A stretch of 64,000 bases of DNA from an uncultured Verrucomicrobiota bacterium (GTDB taxonomy: Bacteria > Verrucomicrobiota > Kiritimatiellia > RFP12 > UBA1067): the NCBI GenBank assembly GCA_947305775.1, contig CAMZEN010000003.1, forward strand, positions 24,410 through 88,409, given 5' to 3'. The notes under the pieces were generated by a model, which searched no databases, was not told where the DNA came from, and saw only the letters and a program-made list of their open reading frames with translations. Below are positions 23,661 to 32,632 of the stretch, in pieces. The position numbers were made by a program, and so were the translations under genes. The stretch's first letter is position 1; each line of letters starts with the position of its first letter.

Positions 23661-25712
23661 ATGGCCGATGCTGTTGATATGAAAACCGGCGCAGATGGCG
23701 TGGCGGCAGTTCCTGCCGAGCAGGACATTGATCAATTCGTCGATGAACTTGCGCTGATGCCCGAATCGCGGCGCAAGCAGATGAAGGCGGTTGTTCGGCG
23801 GTGGCGGCTGATGTCACCGGAAGCGCGGCGCGAAGTTTCAAAGGCGGTTGAAGATCGGATGCGACTGCATTTGATGCAGGAACCAACTGCCGAACTGCTG
23901 ACCGGTGACATAATCGGCGGCAACCAGTTCTTTGGTGTTGAAATGATGCCGCGCACGATTGACGAACCCTTCTGGATGCAGTCAGTCTATGTCATTGCCG
24001 AGCACGTCGCAAAGGATGGCTTGGCGAAAGCTCTGTGCGTGTGTCTGCGATGCTGGGAGGATTGGGGCTGCAAGACGGCCATAGAACTTAACAAAAGCAT
24101 GGTGGCGCGTGTCTGCGCGGATCGCAAGCTGAACTTCAGCACGCGGATGCAAACAGATGTGCAAACGCGAACGGTGATAATGTGGATGCGGCTGCGCGGC
24201 AAATTCTTCTGGAACCGCGACAACAAGGTCAATGCGGCAAACCTCTACTTTGATGATCGCGCGAAGATATTGCGCGTTGTGCACAGTGATGATTTCAAGG
24301 GTTGGCTTCACGCGCACACGCAGATCAATCCGGCGAAGGCTGATTTTGATTTTCTGATGCACCAGATTGATGCGGCGGCTATGAACTCGCGCATTGCCAG
24401 CGAATGCGTGCCAGGTGCGCTTTTCGACCGGCGGGGCAATGTTGTGTATGTCTCGAACGGCGACGCAATGATGGTGCGTGTATCGGCGGCTAAAGGCAAG
24501 GGCAAAAAGCCGGTGGTTGAGCTGGTGTCGAACGGCACTGATAATGTGGTTTTCACGCAGGGCATGACGCTGAAGCCTTGGCAGCTTCTTGATGGCGAAG
24601 GAGAAGACCCGTTTGAAACGTGCCCGCCGTTCTCTACGGCGAACTACCAAAGCGAACACGGGCGAATGATCGCGCGGCTTTGGTTCCTGGGGCTGGCAAG
24701 TTGCTTGAGATCCTATCCGGCAATTGTGTTCACCGGCAAGATGCGCAGCGGGAAATCGCGCACGGCAAAGGGCGTGTTCGAGCTGCTTGGCGCGCCGGTG
24801 CGGCTTTCGGCGATTCGGGCGAACGGCGAAAGCGATTTTTGGACGGTCGTGAATAAGGGCGGCGTCGTGTGCTTTGATAACGTTGATACAAAAAACGTTT
24901 GGTTCGGTGATGCGATGCAGCTTGCGTGTACGGATGGATCAACCGAGGCCCGCACCCTATTCACCAACGATCAAACTACAACGTTAAGGGCTAACGCCAA
25001 GATAATAATGACTTCGAACAATCCGATGTTCGCAAGCGAAAGCGGCTTGGCCGACAGGTTGCAGATTGTGCGCCTGGATCAATTTGACGGCAAGAACGGC
25101 AAGGAATCCGGCGACACGGCGATTACAGAAGCAATTGATTCGCACCGCAATTCGGCGCTAACGTGGATGGTCAAGACCGTTTCCCGCGCCCTCGCTGATA
25201 CTGATGAGGTCGAACCAAACGTTAACATGCGGCACCCTGATTTCGCCGCATTCAGCATGCGTTGCGCCCGTGCCCTATCTGATGCCCATTATAGAATGTC
25301 TATCTTGGCCCTTAAGTCAGCGGAATTTGACAAGGCGCTTTTAACCGTCCAAAACAATTCAACGACGAACTATATCTTTGAAGCGCTCTGCGCTCACTTC
25401 ACCGATGAAGAAAAGATGCGCCAAGAATGGGACGGCACGGCGTCTGATTTGATGGCTGCAATAGTTGAAATACATCCTGATTTGGAGAAGTCTAAGTATC
25501 TATCGGCCACTTCAATTGGCAAGGCAATGAGCCGGTATTTTGATCAGCTGGCAGTGCTATTCGATATGAAGCCGCCACGCAAGTACGGTTCGCAAACCAA
25601 GTTTCTGATAACCGGCTTTTCGGATATGTACGCCAAAAACGTCAACATTAGCAAGAATTTTGAACTAAAAACCGACGATTCAGCCGAGGCGGATGTGTCG
25701 GACCTTTTATAA
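23661..25712 (+). CDS. Replication protein with SF3 (P4-alpha/D5-like) helicase domain (683 aa)
   Basis: Walker A GKMRSGKS, Walker B VVCFDNVD, motif C IIMTSNN, in the C-terminal half. Confidence 0.6.
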   Translation: MADAVDMKTGADGVAAVPAEQDIDQFVDELALMPESRRKQMKAVVRRWRLMSPEARREVSKAVEDRMRLHLMQEPTAELLTGDIIGGNQFFGVEMMPRTIDEPFWMQSVYVIAEHVAKDGLAKALCVCLRCWEDWGCKTAIELNKSMVARVCADRKLNFSTRMQTDVQTRTVIMWMRLRGKFFWNRDNKVNAANLYFDDRAKILRVVHSDDFKGWLHAHTQINPAKADFDFLMHQIDAAAMNSRIASECVPGALFDRRGNVVYVSNGDAMMVRVSAAKGKGKKPVVELVSNGTDNVVFTQGMTLKPWQLLDGEGEDPFETCPPFSTANYQSEHGRMIARLWFLGLASCLRSYPAIVFTGKMRSGKSRTAKGVFELLGAPVRLSAIRANGESDFWTVVNKGGVVCFDNVDTKNVWFGDAMQLACTDGSTEARTLFTNDQTTTLRANAKIIMTSNNPMFASESGLADRLQIVRLDQFDGKNGKESGDTAITEAIDSHRNSALTWMVKTVSRALADTDEVEPNVNMRHPDFAAFSMRCARALSDAHYRMSILALKSAEFDKALLTVQNNSTTNYIFEALCAHFTDEEKMRQEWDGTASDLMAAIVEIHPDLEKSKYLSATSIGKAMSRYFDQLAVLFDMKPPRKYGSQTKFLITGFSDMYAKNVNISKNFELKTDDSAEADVSDLL

Positions 25713-25778
25713 GCATTATAAGGGTAAACCTATGATTTTAACTAAGAAGATAAAAATAATGTTTTTAAGGAGACGTAT

Positions 25779-26417
25779 ATGAAAACCACGCAGCAACCTT
25801 ATAAACCTTATAAAGCGCCTGGCAAGTCCATTGCAGAATTGATCCATGATCGCGTTCATGCGGAAGGTGGAACGCTGAATGTTTGGTTGAATGGCGGCAA
25901 GTTTCGGAAGGTCTCAACGCAGCTGGTTCCGAGGTCTATGTTCATAAGGTCTGATGAAGAATGCATGTGCGCTGTTAATGTGTTCGAACCTTCGCCGGAA
26001 CTGGCAGCCATGATTCGCCGGTATGCTGTCGAGCTCCGTGAATACATTTCCGGCATAGTCCGTGGGTGGCGTTTGGAATGCCAGAATGCTGATCAAGTAG
26101 GTTCTTCCCGGCGCGAGAGTGTGGTATATGCTATCACGAAAGGTCGGCATGTGCGTGACTGTCACGGCGTCACAAGGTCTGAAATTTCATCGAATGGCGC
26201 GAAAATGGCGGCTGTGGCGAAAACGGCACTTGCGGCAATCGTGGCGGGGCTGGCTTTAGGCTTCATTCCATGCGCGAACGGTCGCGCCGATGAAATTTCA
26301 GGCGGCATTGGATGCGCGAACGGTCGCGCGCGGTCCGTTTGGGGTGAACGTTCAAATTTCAATGTCTGCCGACAGGGTAAGGGGGGGGTGGGCTGTGTGC
26401 CGCACCGCGCAAAATGA
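25779..26417 (+). CDS. Hypothetical protein (212 aa) with C-terminal TM and duplicated CANGRA motif; AT-rich 5' part
   Basis: SD AAGGAGA 5 nt upstream. Hydrophobic AAIVAGLALGFIP. Composition differs visibly from the neighbouring genes. Confidence 0.45.
   Translation: MKTTQQPYKPYKAPGKSIAELIHDRVHAEGGTLNVWLNGGKFRKVSTQLVPRSMFIRSDEECMCAVNVFEPSPELAAMIRRYAVELREYISGIVRGWRLECQNADQVGSSRRESVVYAITKGRHVRDCHGVTRSEISSNGAKMAAVAKTALAAIVAGLALGFIPCANGRADEISGGIGCANGRARSVWGERSNFNVCRQGKGGVGCVPHRAK
26270..26329. repeat. Two copies of 18-bp ATGCGCGAACGGTCGCGC (each with palindrome GCGCGA-ACGG-TCGCGC), 42 bp apart
   Basis: Read directly at 26270-26287 and 26312-26329, about 135 bp upstream of the ParB-like gene. 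Confidence 0.7.
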
Positions 26418-26461
26418 TTTCGGGCGGATTGCCCGGATAAAAACACAAAAGGTCAAAAACT

Positions 26462-27862
26462 ATGAAAACAGAAAATCAACAATTGGGTGTGTTTCGGATC
26501 GCCGATCTTAAACATGCGCCGTGGAATCCTAGAACGCCAGAAGAACTTTCGCCTGAACATCCTGCGATGGTTGAGCTGATTGCGTCGGTGCGCGCGGTGG
26601 GTGTGATTCAGCCCATTGCGGTTTGGGTTGACTCCCCTTCCGGCGAGCCGCTTGTTATCGCTGGCAATCGGCGCATGGAGGCTTCGCGTGCCGCCGGTAG
26701 AACCGAAATCCCTGCGCACATCTTCACGGGGCTTACAGAAGCGCAGGCGTGCGAAATCACGCGCATTGAAAACGAATGCCGCTTTGGTGTCACGCCGCTT
26801 GCCGATGCGGCGCTTATAGCCAAGATGCGCGAGCTTGGCCGGTCGCAATCCGAAATGGCTGCGCTGTTTGGCGTGTCTGAGGCGCGAATCTGCCGCCGTG
26901 CCAAGCTTCTGGACTTGTCTGAAAAGGTCCGCGCGGCAATTGAGGGGTATGAATCCTGCGTTAACGCAAAATCGCTTGAAATGATCGCCAGCTATCCGGC
27001 AGAGCTTCAGAATCGTGCAGCAAAGGAAATTCACGCAATGGTGGTTGATGGCATTTTGCGGCCCGGCGCAACTTCGGCACTGTTCGCGCGAATCACAACC
27101 ACGCTGCGCCCTGATATGTTCATCTTCAAAGGCGCTGAAGGTGAAAAGCAATTGGCCGTTTGCCGCACTTGCGGGAAATGCACCGGCAATCAGCCGACCT
27201 TGTTCGACGACGACCTTGGCGAAAATCCCAATGGCGATATGGGCCGCTGTCTCGACCTCGCATGCTACAAGCGCGTGTGCAAGGCGGCAAGGGATCGCGC
27301 CATAAAAGAAGCGGTTGAAGCTACTTCCGGCGGAGTTCCTGCCGATGGCATAATTGTTGTGCACCGCTATTGGGAAAAGCCCTTTGTGGACCTTAAGGCG
27401 AAGAAGCGCGGCGATGGCGCAACATTCGCTTACGCATTATACGGCGATTTCAGCGAAACGGTTGAAGTCAGGTGGGGGCCCGCTCCCAAAGTTGCAGAAG
27501 CGCAGGAAAAGCGCCGCCGCGAAGATGAGGAATCGAGCCGCCGCGCCGAAGTTGAAGCGCAGAAAAAGCGCGCGCCGTATCTTCTGGCTGGCTCAAAGAA
27601 GGTCTGTGAATACATGGTTGGCGGCAAAAAGAACGACGCCAAAATCCTGCTGCGCCGCCTGAAAACATTGAAGTCGACAGTTCTTGCCGAGGAGCTCGCA
27701 GCGCTTCAGATGGCAGATGGTGTTTTCTTCTGCACTGGAAATTGCAGTTGTGATGTGTCCGCGTCTCACCTATGGGCGATAACACACTTTCCGGCGTTGC
27801 GCAAGAAAATCAGCGCTGCCGAAATGGAGGCGCTGTCAACCGAACTTGGCAACCGCGCCTGA
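26462..27862 (+). CDS. ParB/Srx N-terminal-domain protein with HTH and Cys cluster (466 aa)
   Basis: Motifs ..IQPIAVW..VIAGNRRMEASRAAG.., HTH ..RSQSEMAALFGVSEARICRR.., and CRTCGKC...CLDLACYKRVC. Confidence 0.6.
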   Translation: MKTENQQLGVFRIADLKHAPWNPRTPEELSPEHPAMVELIASVRAVGVIQPIAVWVDSPSGEPLVIAGNRRMEASRAAGRTEIPAHIFTGLTEAQACEITRIENECRFGVTPLADAALIAKMRELGRSQSEMAALFGVSEARICRRAKLLDLSEKVRAAIEGYESCVNAKSLEMIASYPAELQNRAAKEIHAMVVDGILRPGATSALFARITTTLRPDMFIFKGAEGEKQLAVCRTCGKCTGNQPTLFDDDLGENPNGDMGRCLDLACYKRVCKAARDRAIKEAVEATSGGVPADGIIVVHRYWEKPFVDLKAKKRGDGATFAYALYGDFSETVEVRWGPAPKVAEAQEKRRREDEESSRRAEVEAQKKRAPYLLAGSKKVCEYMVGGKKNDAKILLRRLKTLKSTVLAEELAALQMADGVFFCTGNCSCDVSASHLWAITHFPALRKKISAAEMEALSTELGNRA

Positions 27863-27940
27863 AAGCCAAACAAGCTTGGAACGCCGCAGGGGGCCAGGCG
27901 TGACTTACGCCGGATGGAGAGAATCCGGCACCCAAGAAAA

Positions 27941-29350
27941 ATGGAAACCGTAAACCTGAATGATTATGTTGAAAACCCCGATAACCCGCAAACGGTGTCG
28001 GACGCCGATTTCGCCGAACTTGTGAAGTCGCTGCGCGATACGCCCTGGACGCTTGAAGCGGCGAAGATTTCCTTTGCCCTTGATTATGTCTCGCCAATCA
28101 CCGGCACCGACTTCACCGGCAAGCGTGTTGTTATCGCAGGCAACAAGCGCCTTCGCGGCCTGAAGAAGATTGCTGCCGAGGGCGGCCTTGTCTTGAACGG
28201 CGTGGAACTGGTAAGCCCAAACGGCGATGTTCCTGCCGTCTGGTTTTTCGATCTTACACCGCTTGGCAGCGAAGCGCGGCGGCGCTGGCTCGTAAAGTCG
28301 AACGTTCAGACCGGCGATTGGGAGGCTGAACTTTTGATGAAGCTTTACAGCGCCGATGAGCTTGCGGGCTTGATGGGCCCTGAACAACTTGATGCAGTGC
28401 TGCGCCAGTACGAAACGGCGCCCGCCAACGCGAAGAAGGACGCCGACGATGTGCCTGCCGCACCCTCTGCCGAACCGGATTCTTCGCCCGGCACCGTCTA
28501 TAAGCTCGGCCCTCACCGCCTGATGTGCGGCAATGCCACGCAGTTTGATGATGTCGCGCGTCTTGTGGACGGTGAACAAGTCAAACTGTTGCTTACTGAT
28601 CCGCCGTACAACGTCGACCACAAGGGCAGCACTACGAAAAAGCGCGAACGCATACTTAACGATGCGCAGCAAGACGTCGATTTCCTGCGCTTCATTGTCG
28701 GTGCGTTCCAGTGCGCCGACGCTGTGATGTGCCCTGGTGCGGCATTCTACATTTGGCATGCCAATCTTGAAAGCTACAATTTCCACGGGGCCTGCCGCGT
28801 CGTCGGCTGGCAGGTGCGCGAAGTGCTGCAATGGCTGAAAACCACATTTGTGATTGGTCGCCAAGACTACCAGTGGAAGCATGAACCGTGCCTTTACGGA
28901 TGGAAGGCCGGTGCGCCGCATATCTGGCGCGGCGGTCGCAAGCAAACCACCGTGCTTGATCTGGTTCCTGAATCGGCTGAACTTGTTGACGATGTTGTGC
29001 GCTTCACCGTCGCCGGGAGAACGTTTCAGGTTCCCGCCGCACAGGTCGCCGAAGTTGTCGAAACTGATACGCTTGTATATCCGCGCCCGTCGAGCTCCAA
29101 GCTGCATCCGACGATGAAGCCGGTTGCGCTCTTCTCCTACCTGATGCGCAACAGCTCACACGTTGGCGACGCGGTTCTCGATCTTTTCGGCGGCAGCGGC
29201 ACAACAATAATTGCGGCAGAAGAAACGCACCGCCGCGCATATGTCATGGAGCTTGATCCGCGCTACTGCGATGTGATCCGCCGCCGATGGGCCGAGTTCA
29301 GGCACGGCGATGGATGCGATTGGCGGGCGCTGACTCCCGCCGTCGAATGA
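27941..29350 (+). CDS. ParB-N domain fused to a beta-class DNA methyltransferase (DPPY; probably N6-adenine)
   Basis: N-terminal VVIAGNKRLRGLKKIA, motif IV LLLTDPPYN, motif I LDLFGGSGTT in beta-class order. The alternative start at 27914 lies inside a hairpin (GCCGGA/TCCGGC). Confidence 0.8.
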   Translation: METVNLNDYVENPDNPQTVSDADFAELVKSLRDTPWTLEAAKISFALDYVSPITGTDFTGKRVVIAGNKRLRGLKKIAAEGGLVLNGVELVSPNGDVPAVWFFDLTPLGSEARRRWLVKSNVQTGDWEAELLMKLYSADELAGLMGPEQLDAVLRQYETAPANAKKDADDVPAAPSAEPDSSPGTVYKLGPHRLMCGNATQFDDVARLVDGEQVKLLLTDPPYNVDHKGSTTKKRERILNDAQQDVDFLRFIVGAFQCADAVMCPGAAFYIWHANLESYNFHGACRVVGWQVREVLQWLKTTFVIGRQDYQWKHEPCLYGWKAGAPHIWRGGRKQTTVLDLVPESAELVDDVVRFTVAGRTFQVPAAQVAEVVETDTLVYPRPSSSKLHPTMKPVALFSYLMRNSSHVGDAVLDLFGGSGTTIIAAEETHRRAYVMELDPRYCDVIRRRWAEFRHGDGCDWRALTPAVE

Positions 29351-29373
29351 TTCACAGAAAGGAAAACCACAAA

Positions 29374-29754
29374 ATGAAAGTAACAATATACGGCAAGGTT
29401 GTTGGCCGCTCATGCCGCAAAACGGCAAAGGGCGACTTGTATTCAATCGTAATCGAAGAGCTGGGGCAGTACCCTTCGCGCTTCCAGCTCTCTTCAAACA
29501 ACGCTTCGCTTTTCGGGCAGAAGGACGGCCCGTTCGGCGTCGGCAAAATGGTAACGGCAACAGCCTTCATGAACGGGCGCGAAAACGATGCGAAACGCTC
29601 CGACGGCAAGCCGTTCAAGGCTTACCGCGTCTGGTTCACTCTCATAAGGCTTGAAGGCGACGGCGCGCGAATCGGCGAAAACGCGCCTGCTGCCGTTGCC
29701 CAAATCGCAGCGGCCAATGCGGGCAGCGAAATCGCGGACGACATACCCTTCTGA
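29374..29754 (+). CDS. SSB-like OB-fold protein (127 aa)
   Basis: N-terminus KVTIYGKVVG and a C-terminal tip ..EIADDIPF that matches the canonical SSB tail. SD agaaaggaaaa. Confidence 0.6.
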   Translation: MKVTIYGKVVGRSCRKTAKGDLYSIVIEELGQYPSRFQLSSNNASLFGQKDGPFGVGKMVTATAFMNGRENDAKRSDGKPFKAYRVWFTLIRLEGDGARIGENAPAAVAQIAAANAGSEIADDIPF

Positions 29755-29759
29755 TCGCA

Positions 29760-32021
29760 ATGGATTTGCTGAACCAGATTCGCACGCTTGCCGCGCAAGG
29801 CGTGAAGCTAAAGGACGCCGAGGCCTTCATTGGCCGCGCCTTCACGCCTGATGAAGCAACGGCGTTCCGCAAGGCCGCAACCGCTCGCCGCCTTCAGCGC
29901 GCGGCGGAGGCTGCCGCAGCCGCTAAGCGCCGCCGCGAAGAAGCGGAACGCCGCGAGCGCGATAACATTGCCGCACAGCTCGCAGGCACTTCATGGCCGG
30001 AGCCGCGCAAGGCGAAAACGGATCTGGAACGGCAGCACGAACACCGCGCACGGGCGCGCGAACTTGGCGAGTTCCCTTGGATCGCACACCCGACCGAGCG
30101 CTGGATGTGCGGGCTTTCCCTTCTCAGGTTCGGCCTGCGCTACTGCCTTGGCGAAGGCAAGATGCTGAAGCGTCCGCCGTCGCCGCGCATGATCGGATTC
30201 GTCAAGGCGCTTGAAACGACTATCAGGTACGGCGGCAACCGGCATGTTAGATGGCCGCGCGGCAAGGGCAAATCAACCTGGGTGAAGATCGCCGCGCTTT
30301 GGGCCCTTGTCTACGGCTACCGGCACTTTGTCGTTATCGTCGCCGCCACAAAGCCGATGGCGGAAGAAGAAACCGCCGAGCTCTGGCGCTTCTGCACTGA
30401 GGACCCGCTCTTCGCCGCCGACTTTCCAGAAATCGCCATGCCGCTTGCCGATGTCGCACTAACGCCGCAGCGGATGCGCGTTCAAACATACAAGGGCCGT
30501 AAAACGCACATCACCGATAACACGCGCTTCAGCTACAAGCGCTTTGCCGCAATTCCTGGAATGCCGCACACCGGCGGCATACTTGCCGCACGCGGTGCCG
30601 ACCAGGCGATACGCGGCCTGAATATCGGCAGCGCACGGCCCGATTTCGTTTTCATAGACGACCCGCAAACCGATGATGCCGCCAAGTCTCCCGCGCAGGT
30701 CGAAAAGATTGAGGATCGCATACAGGGCGCGCTCATCGGCCTTGGCGAAACGAATCGCATCATTGCCGCTGTCATGGCGTCAACGCCGATTGAGCCTGAT
30801 GATGTATCGGAGCGCTACGCAGACCCTGAACGTCACCCTGAATGGATAACCACAACCGAACGCTTTGTCTACAGCTGGGGCCCTGAAGATTGGCGCGACA
30901 GATACCTTGCAGAAGTCCGCAAGGATAACTTGAACCGCGATGTTCTGCTTACGCTCTCGCGGCACTTCTATCAAACGCACCGTGCCGAAATCGAAAAGGG
31001 AGCGGCGGTGCTTGATGATTCCGATTTTGACCCTGCGCTCGAAATCAGCGCATACCAACACGCGCTGAACATGCTGCATATCATGAAGCCAAAGCGGTTC
31101 AACAGTGAAATGCAGATGAAGCCGACGCGCGCGCAGGGCGTGTTCCGCATATCCGCTTCTGATGTGTCGAAGCGCCTGAACGGCTATCCGATGCTGGTTG
31201 TGCCGCCGGAATGCGATCAAGGCGCGGTTGCCTTCTGCGACGTGAACGCCGTTGCAGGCCTTCGATGGGCAATCATGGCGTTCGGTGCGGGCCGCGTTAC
31301 AGCAATTGTGGCATATGGCTCATATCCGCCGACCGGGCGGCTCTTTCCTGAAGGCACGCCCGAAAGCGCGGTGCCACGATTCCTTGCGCCCGCGTTGCGC
31401 GCCGTCGCCAAGGGCATTCAGGCTGCAAACCTCCGCACGGTCGATGGCGAACCGGTGCGCGTTCGCGGGCTCTGCTTTGATGGCGGCTGGCAAACAGAAA
31501 CGGTTGCGCTTGTCTGCCAGGAGCTTGACGGCAAATGCGGCATGTCCGTCTGTTGGTCGAAAGGCTACAGCGCAAAGGAATATTCGTACTATCATCATGA
31601 AAAGGCGCGCGCCGTCAAGAATCTTCGCGCCGCCGAAATGTGCCACACATGGGCAACCGCCAACGGCATTTATCTAGCGCTCAATTCGGACTATTGGCGC
31701 GAAATGGCGCAGACCGCCTTCCTCGCTTCGCCGCTTCAGCCGTCGTCGTGTTCGTTCTGGGGCAACGATGCGCTTACGCATTACAACTTCGCTGATGAAG
31801 TCTGCGCCGAGTCGCTTGTCGGCAAGTCAGATCACCCGCGCTATGGCACCGTGTGGGAATGGAAGAAAACGGGCCCGAACCACTTTGGCGACGTGCTATA
31901 TGGCTGCATGGCTTACGGCGCGATTCGCGGCAACTTCGATTCAATGAACCGCCTTGCGGCAACCGATGACATGCAGCGCGTTGCGAAGGCAAGAAAGGTG
32001 CGCTATGTCTACAGGCCATGA
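29760..32021 (+). CDS. terL: Terminase large subunit with N-terminal extension (753 aa)
   Basis: Walker A RGKGKST, Walker-B-like DFVFIDDP, and position directly upstream of gpW-like/portal. Confidence 0.7.
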   Translation: MDLLNQIRTLAAQGVKLKDAEAFIGRAFTPDEATAFRKAATARRLQRAAEAAAAAKRRREEAERRERDNIAAQLAGTSWPEPRKAKTDLERQHEHRARARELGEFPWIAHPTERWMCGLSLLRFGLRYCLGEGKMLKRPPSPRMIGFVKALETTIRYGGNRHVRWPRGKGKSTWVKIAALWALVYGYRHFVVIVAATKPMAEEETAELWRFCTEDPLFAADFPEIAMPLADVALTPQRMRVQTYKGRKTHITDNTRFSYKRFAAIPGMPHTGGILAARGADQAIRGLNIGSARPDFVFIDDPQTDDAAKSPAQVEKIEDRIQGALIGLGETNRIIAAVMASTPIEPDDVSERYADPERHPEWITTTERFVYSWGPEDWRDRYLAEVRKDNLNRDVLLTLSRHFYQTHRAEIEKGAAVLDDSDFDPALEISAYQHALNMLHIMKPKRFNSEMQMKPTRAQGVFRISASDVSKRLNGYPMLVVPPECDQGAVAFCDVNAVAGLRWAIMAFGAGRVTAIVAYGSYPPTGRLFPEGTPESAVPRFLAPALRAVAKGIQAANLRTVDGEPVRVRGLCFDGGWQTETVALVCQELDGKCGMSVCWSKGYSAKEYSYYHHEKARAVKNLRAAEMCHTWATANGIYLALNSDYWREMAQTAFLASPLQPSSCSFWGNDALTHYNFADEVCAESLVGKSDHPRYGTVWEWKKTGPNHFGDVLYGCMAYGAIRGNFDSMNRLAATDDMQRVAKARKVRYVYRP

Positions 32022-32250
32022 AGCGCCGACGATACAACGGCTTAGAACGCTTGAAGCGGTCGAATGCGAAGCCTGCCATGAACGGGTTTACTTCCATTTC
32101 CGATCTTCCGAACCTAGCGCCGACCCGCGCTACCGCGTTGTGTATCTCCGATGCCCTTTGTGCGGCCATTCGGCAACGCAACTTCAGGAAATACCGACGC
32201 GCTCGGCTGCGAAGAAGGCCGCGCGCCCGCGCTACAGATACAAGCCATAG
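32005..32250 (+). CDS. Zn-ribbon small basic protein (81 aa)
   Basis: CEAC...CPLC pairs. ATG 32005 overlaps the terL 3' end by 17 nt. Confidence 0.5.
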   Translation: MSTGHEAPTIQRLRTLEAVECEACHERVYFHFRSSEPSADPRYRVVYLRCPLCGHSATQLQEIPTRSAAKKAARPRYRYKP

Positions 32251-32267
32251 CGCCTTGCGGTTTGGTT

Positions 32268-32286
32268 TTTTGTGGAATCCACAAAA
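32268..32286. promoter_or_regulatory. Copy of the 19-nt palindrome at 127..145
   Basis: Offset +32141. Confidence 0.4.
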
Positions 32287-32303
32287 GAACACGCGCACCG
32301 CTG

Positions 32304-32331
32304 TTGCAAGCACATTTTTCTGTGCTATGAT
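32304..32331 (+). promoter_or_regulatory. Copy of the candidate head-operon promoter at 163..190
   Basis: Offset +32141. Confidence 0.35.
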
Positions 32332-32368
32332 GAAAGCGCAAAGGCAAAAAAGGAGCTACATGTAAACC

Positions 32369-32632
32369 ATGACACGCAAACAGGCAGAAACACGGCTAAC
32401 GGAACTGCGCAACAAGCGTAATGCGCTTGTCGACCAGATTGCCGATGTTGATGCGCAGTCCGGCAGCATCTCTGCCGCAGGTGGTTCGAAAAGCTACACA
32501 AACCGCAAGGTTGAAGAACTGCAACTGAAGTTGCGTATTCTCGAACGCGAAATCGGGAAACTTGAGGCCGCTCTTGGCCTTCGCCCTGATTCACCGTCAG
32601 CAATCAAGACTATCTATCCGAGGTATCACTAA
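32369..32632 (+). CDS. gpW-like head-tail joining protein (copy B)
   Basis: Identical to 228..491. Confidence 0.45.
   Translation: MTRKQAETRLTELRNKRNALVDQIADVDAQSGSISAAGGSKSYTNRKVEELQLKLRILEREIGKLEAALGLRPDSPSAIKTIYPRYH

Noticed and set aside
26453-29107. Long minus-strand ORFs 26453..27364 (303 aa) and 27905..29107 (400 aa)
   Set aside because: They are antisense to the ParB-like and methyltransferase genes, which carry clear catalytic motifs. The antisense translations are Arg-rich and motif-free.
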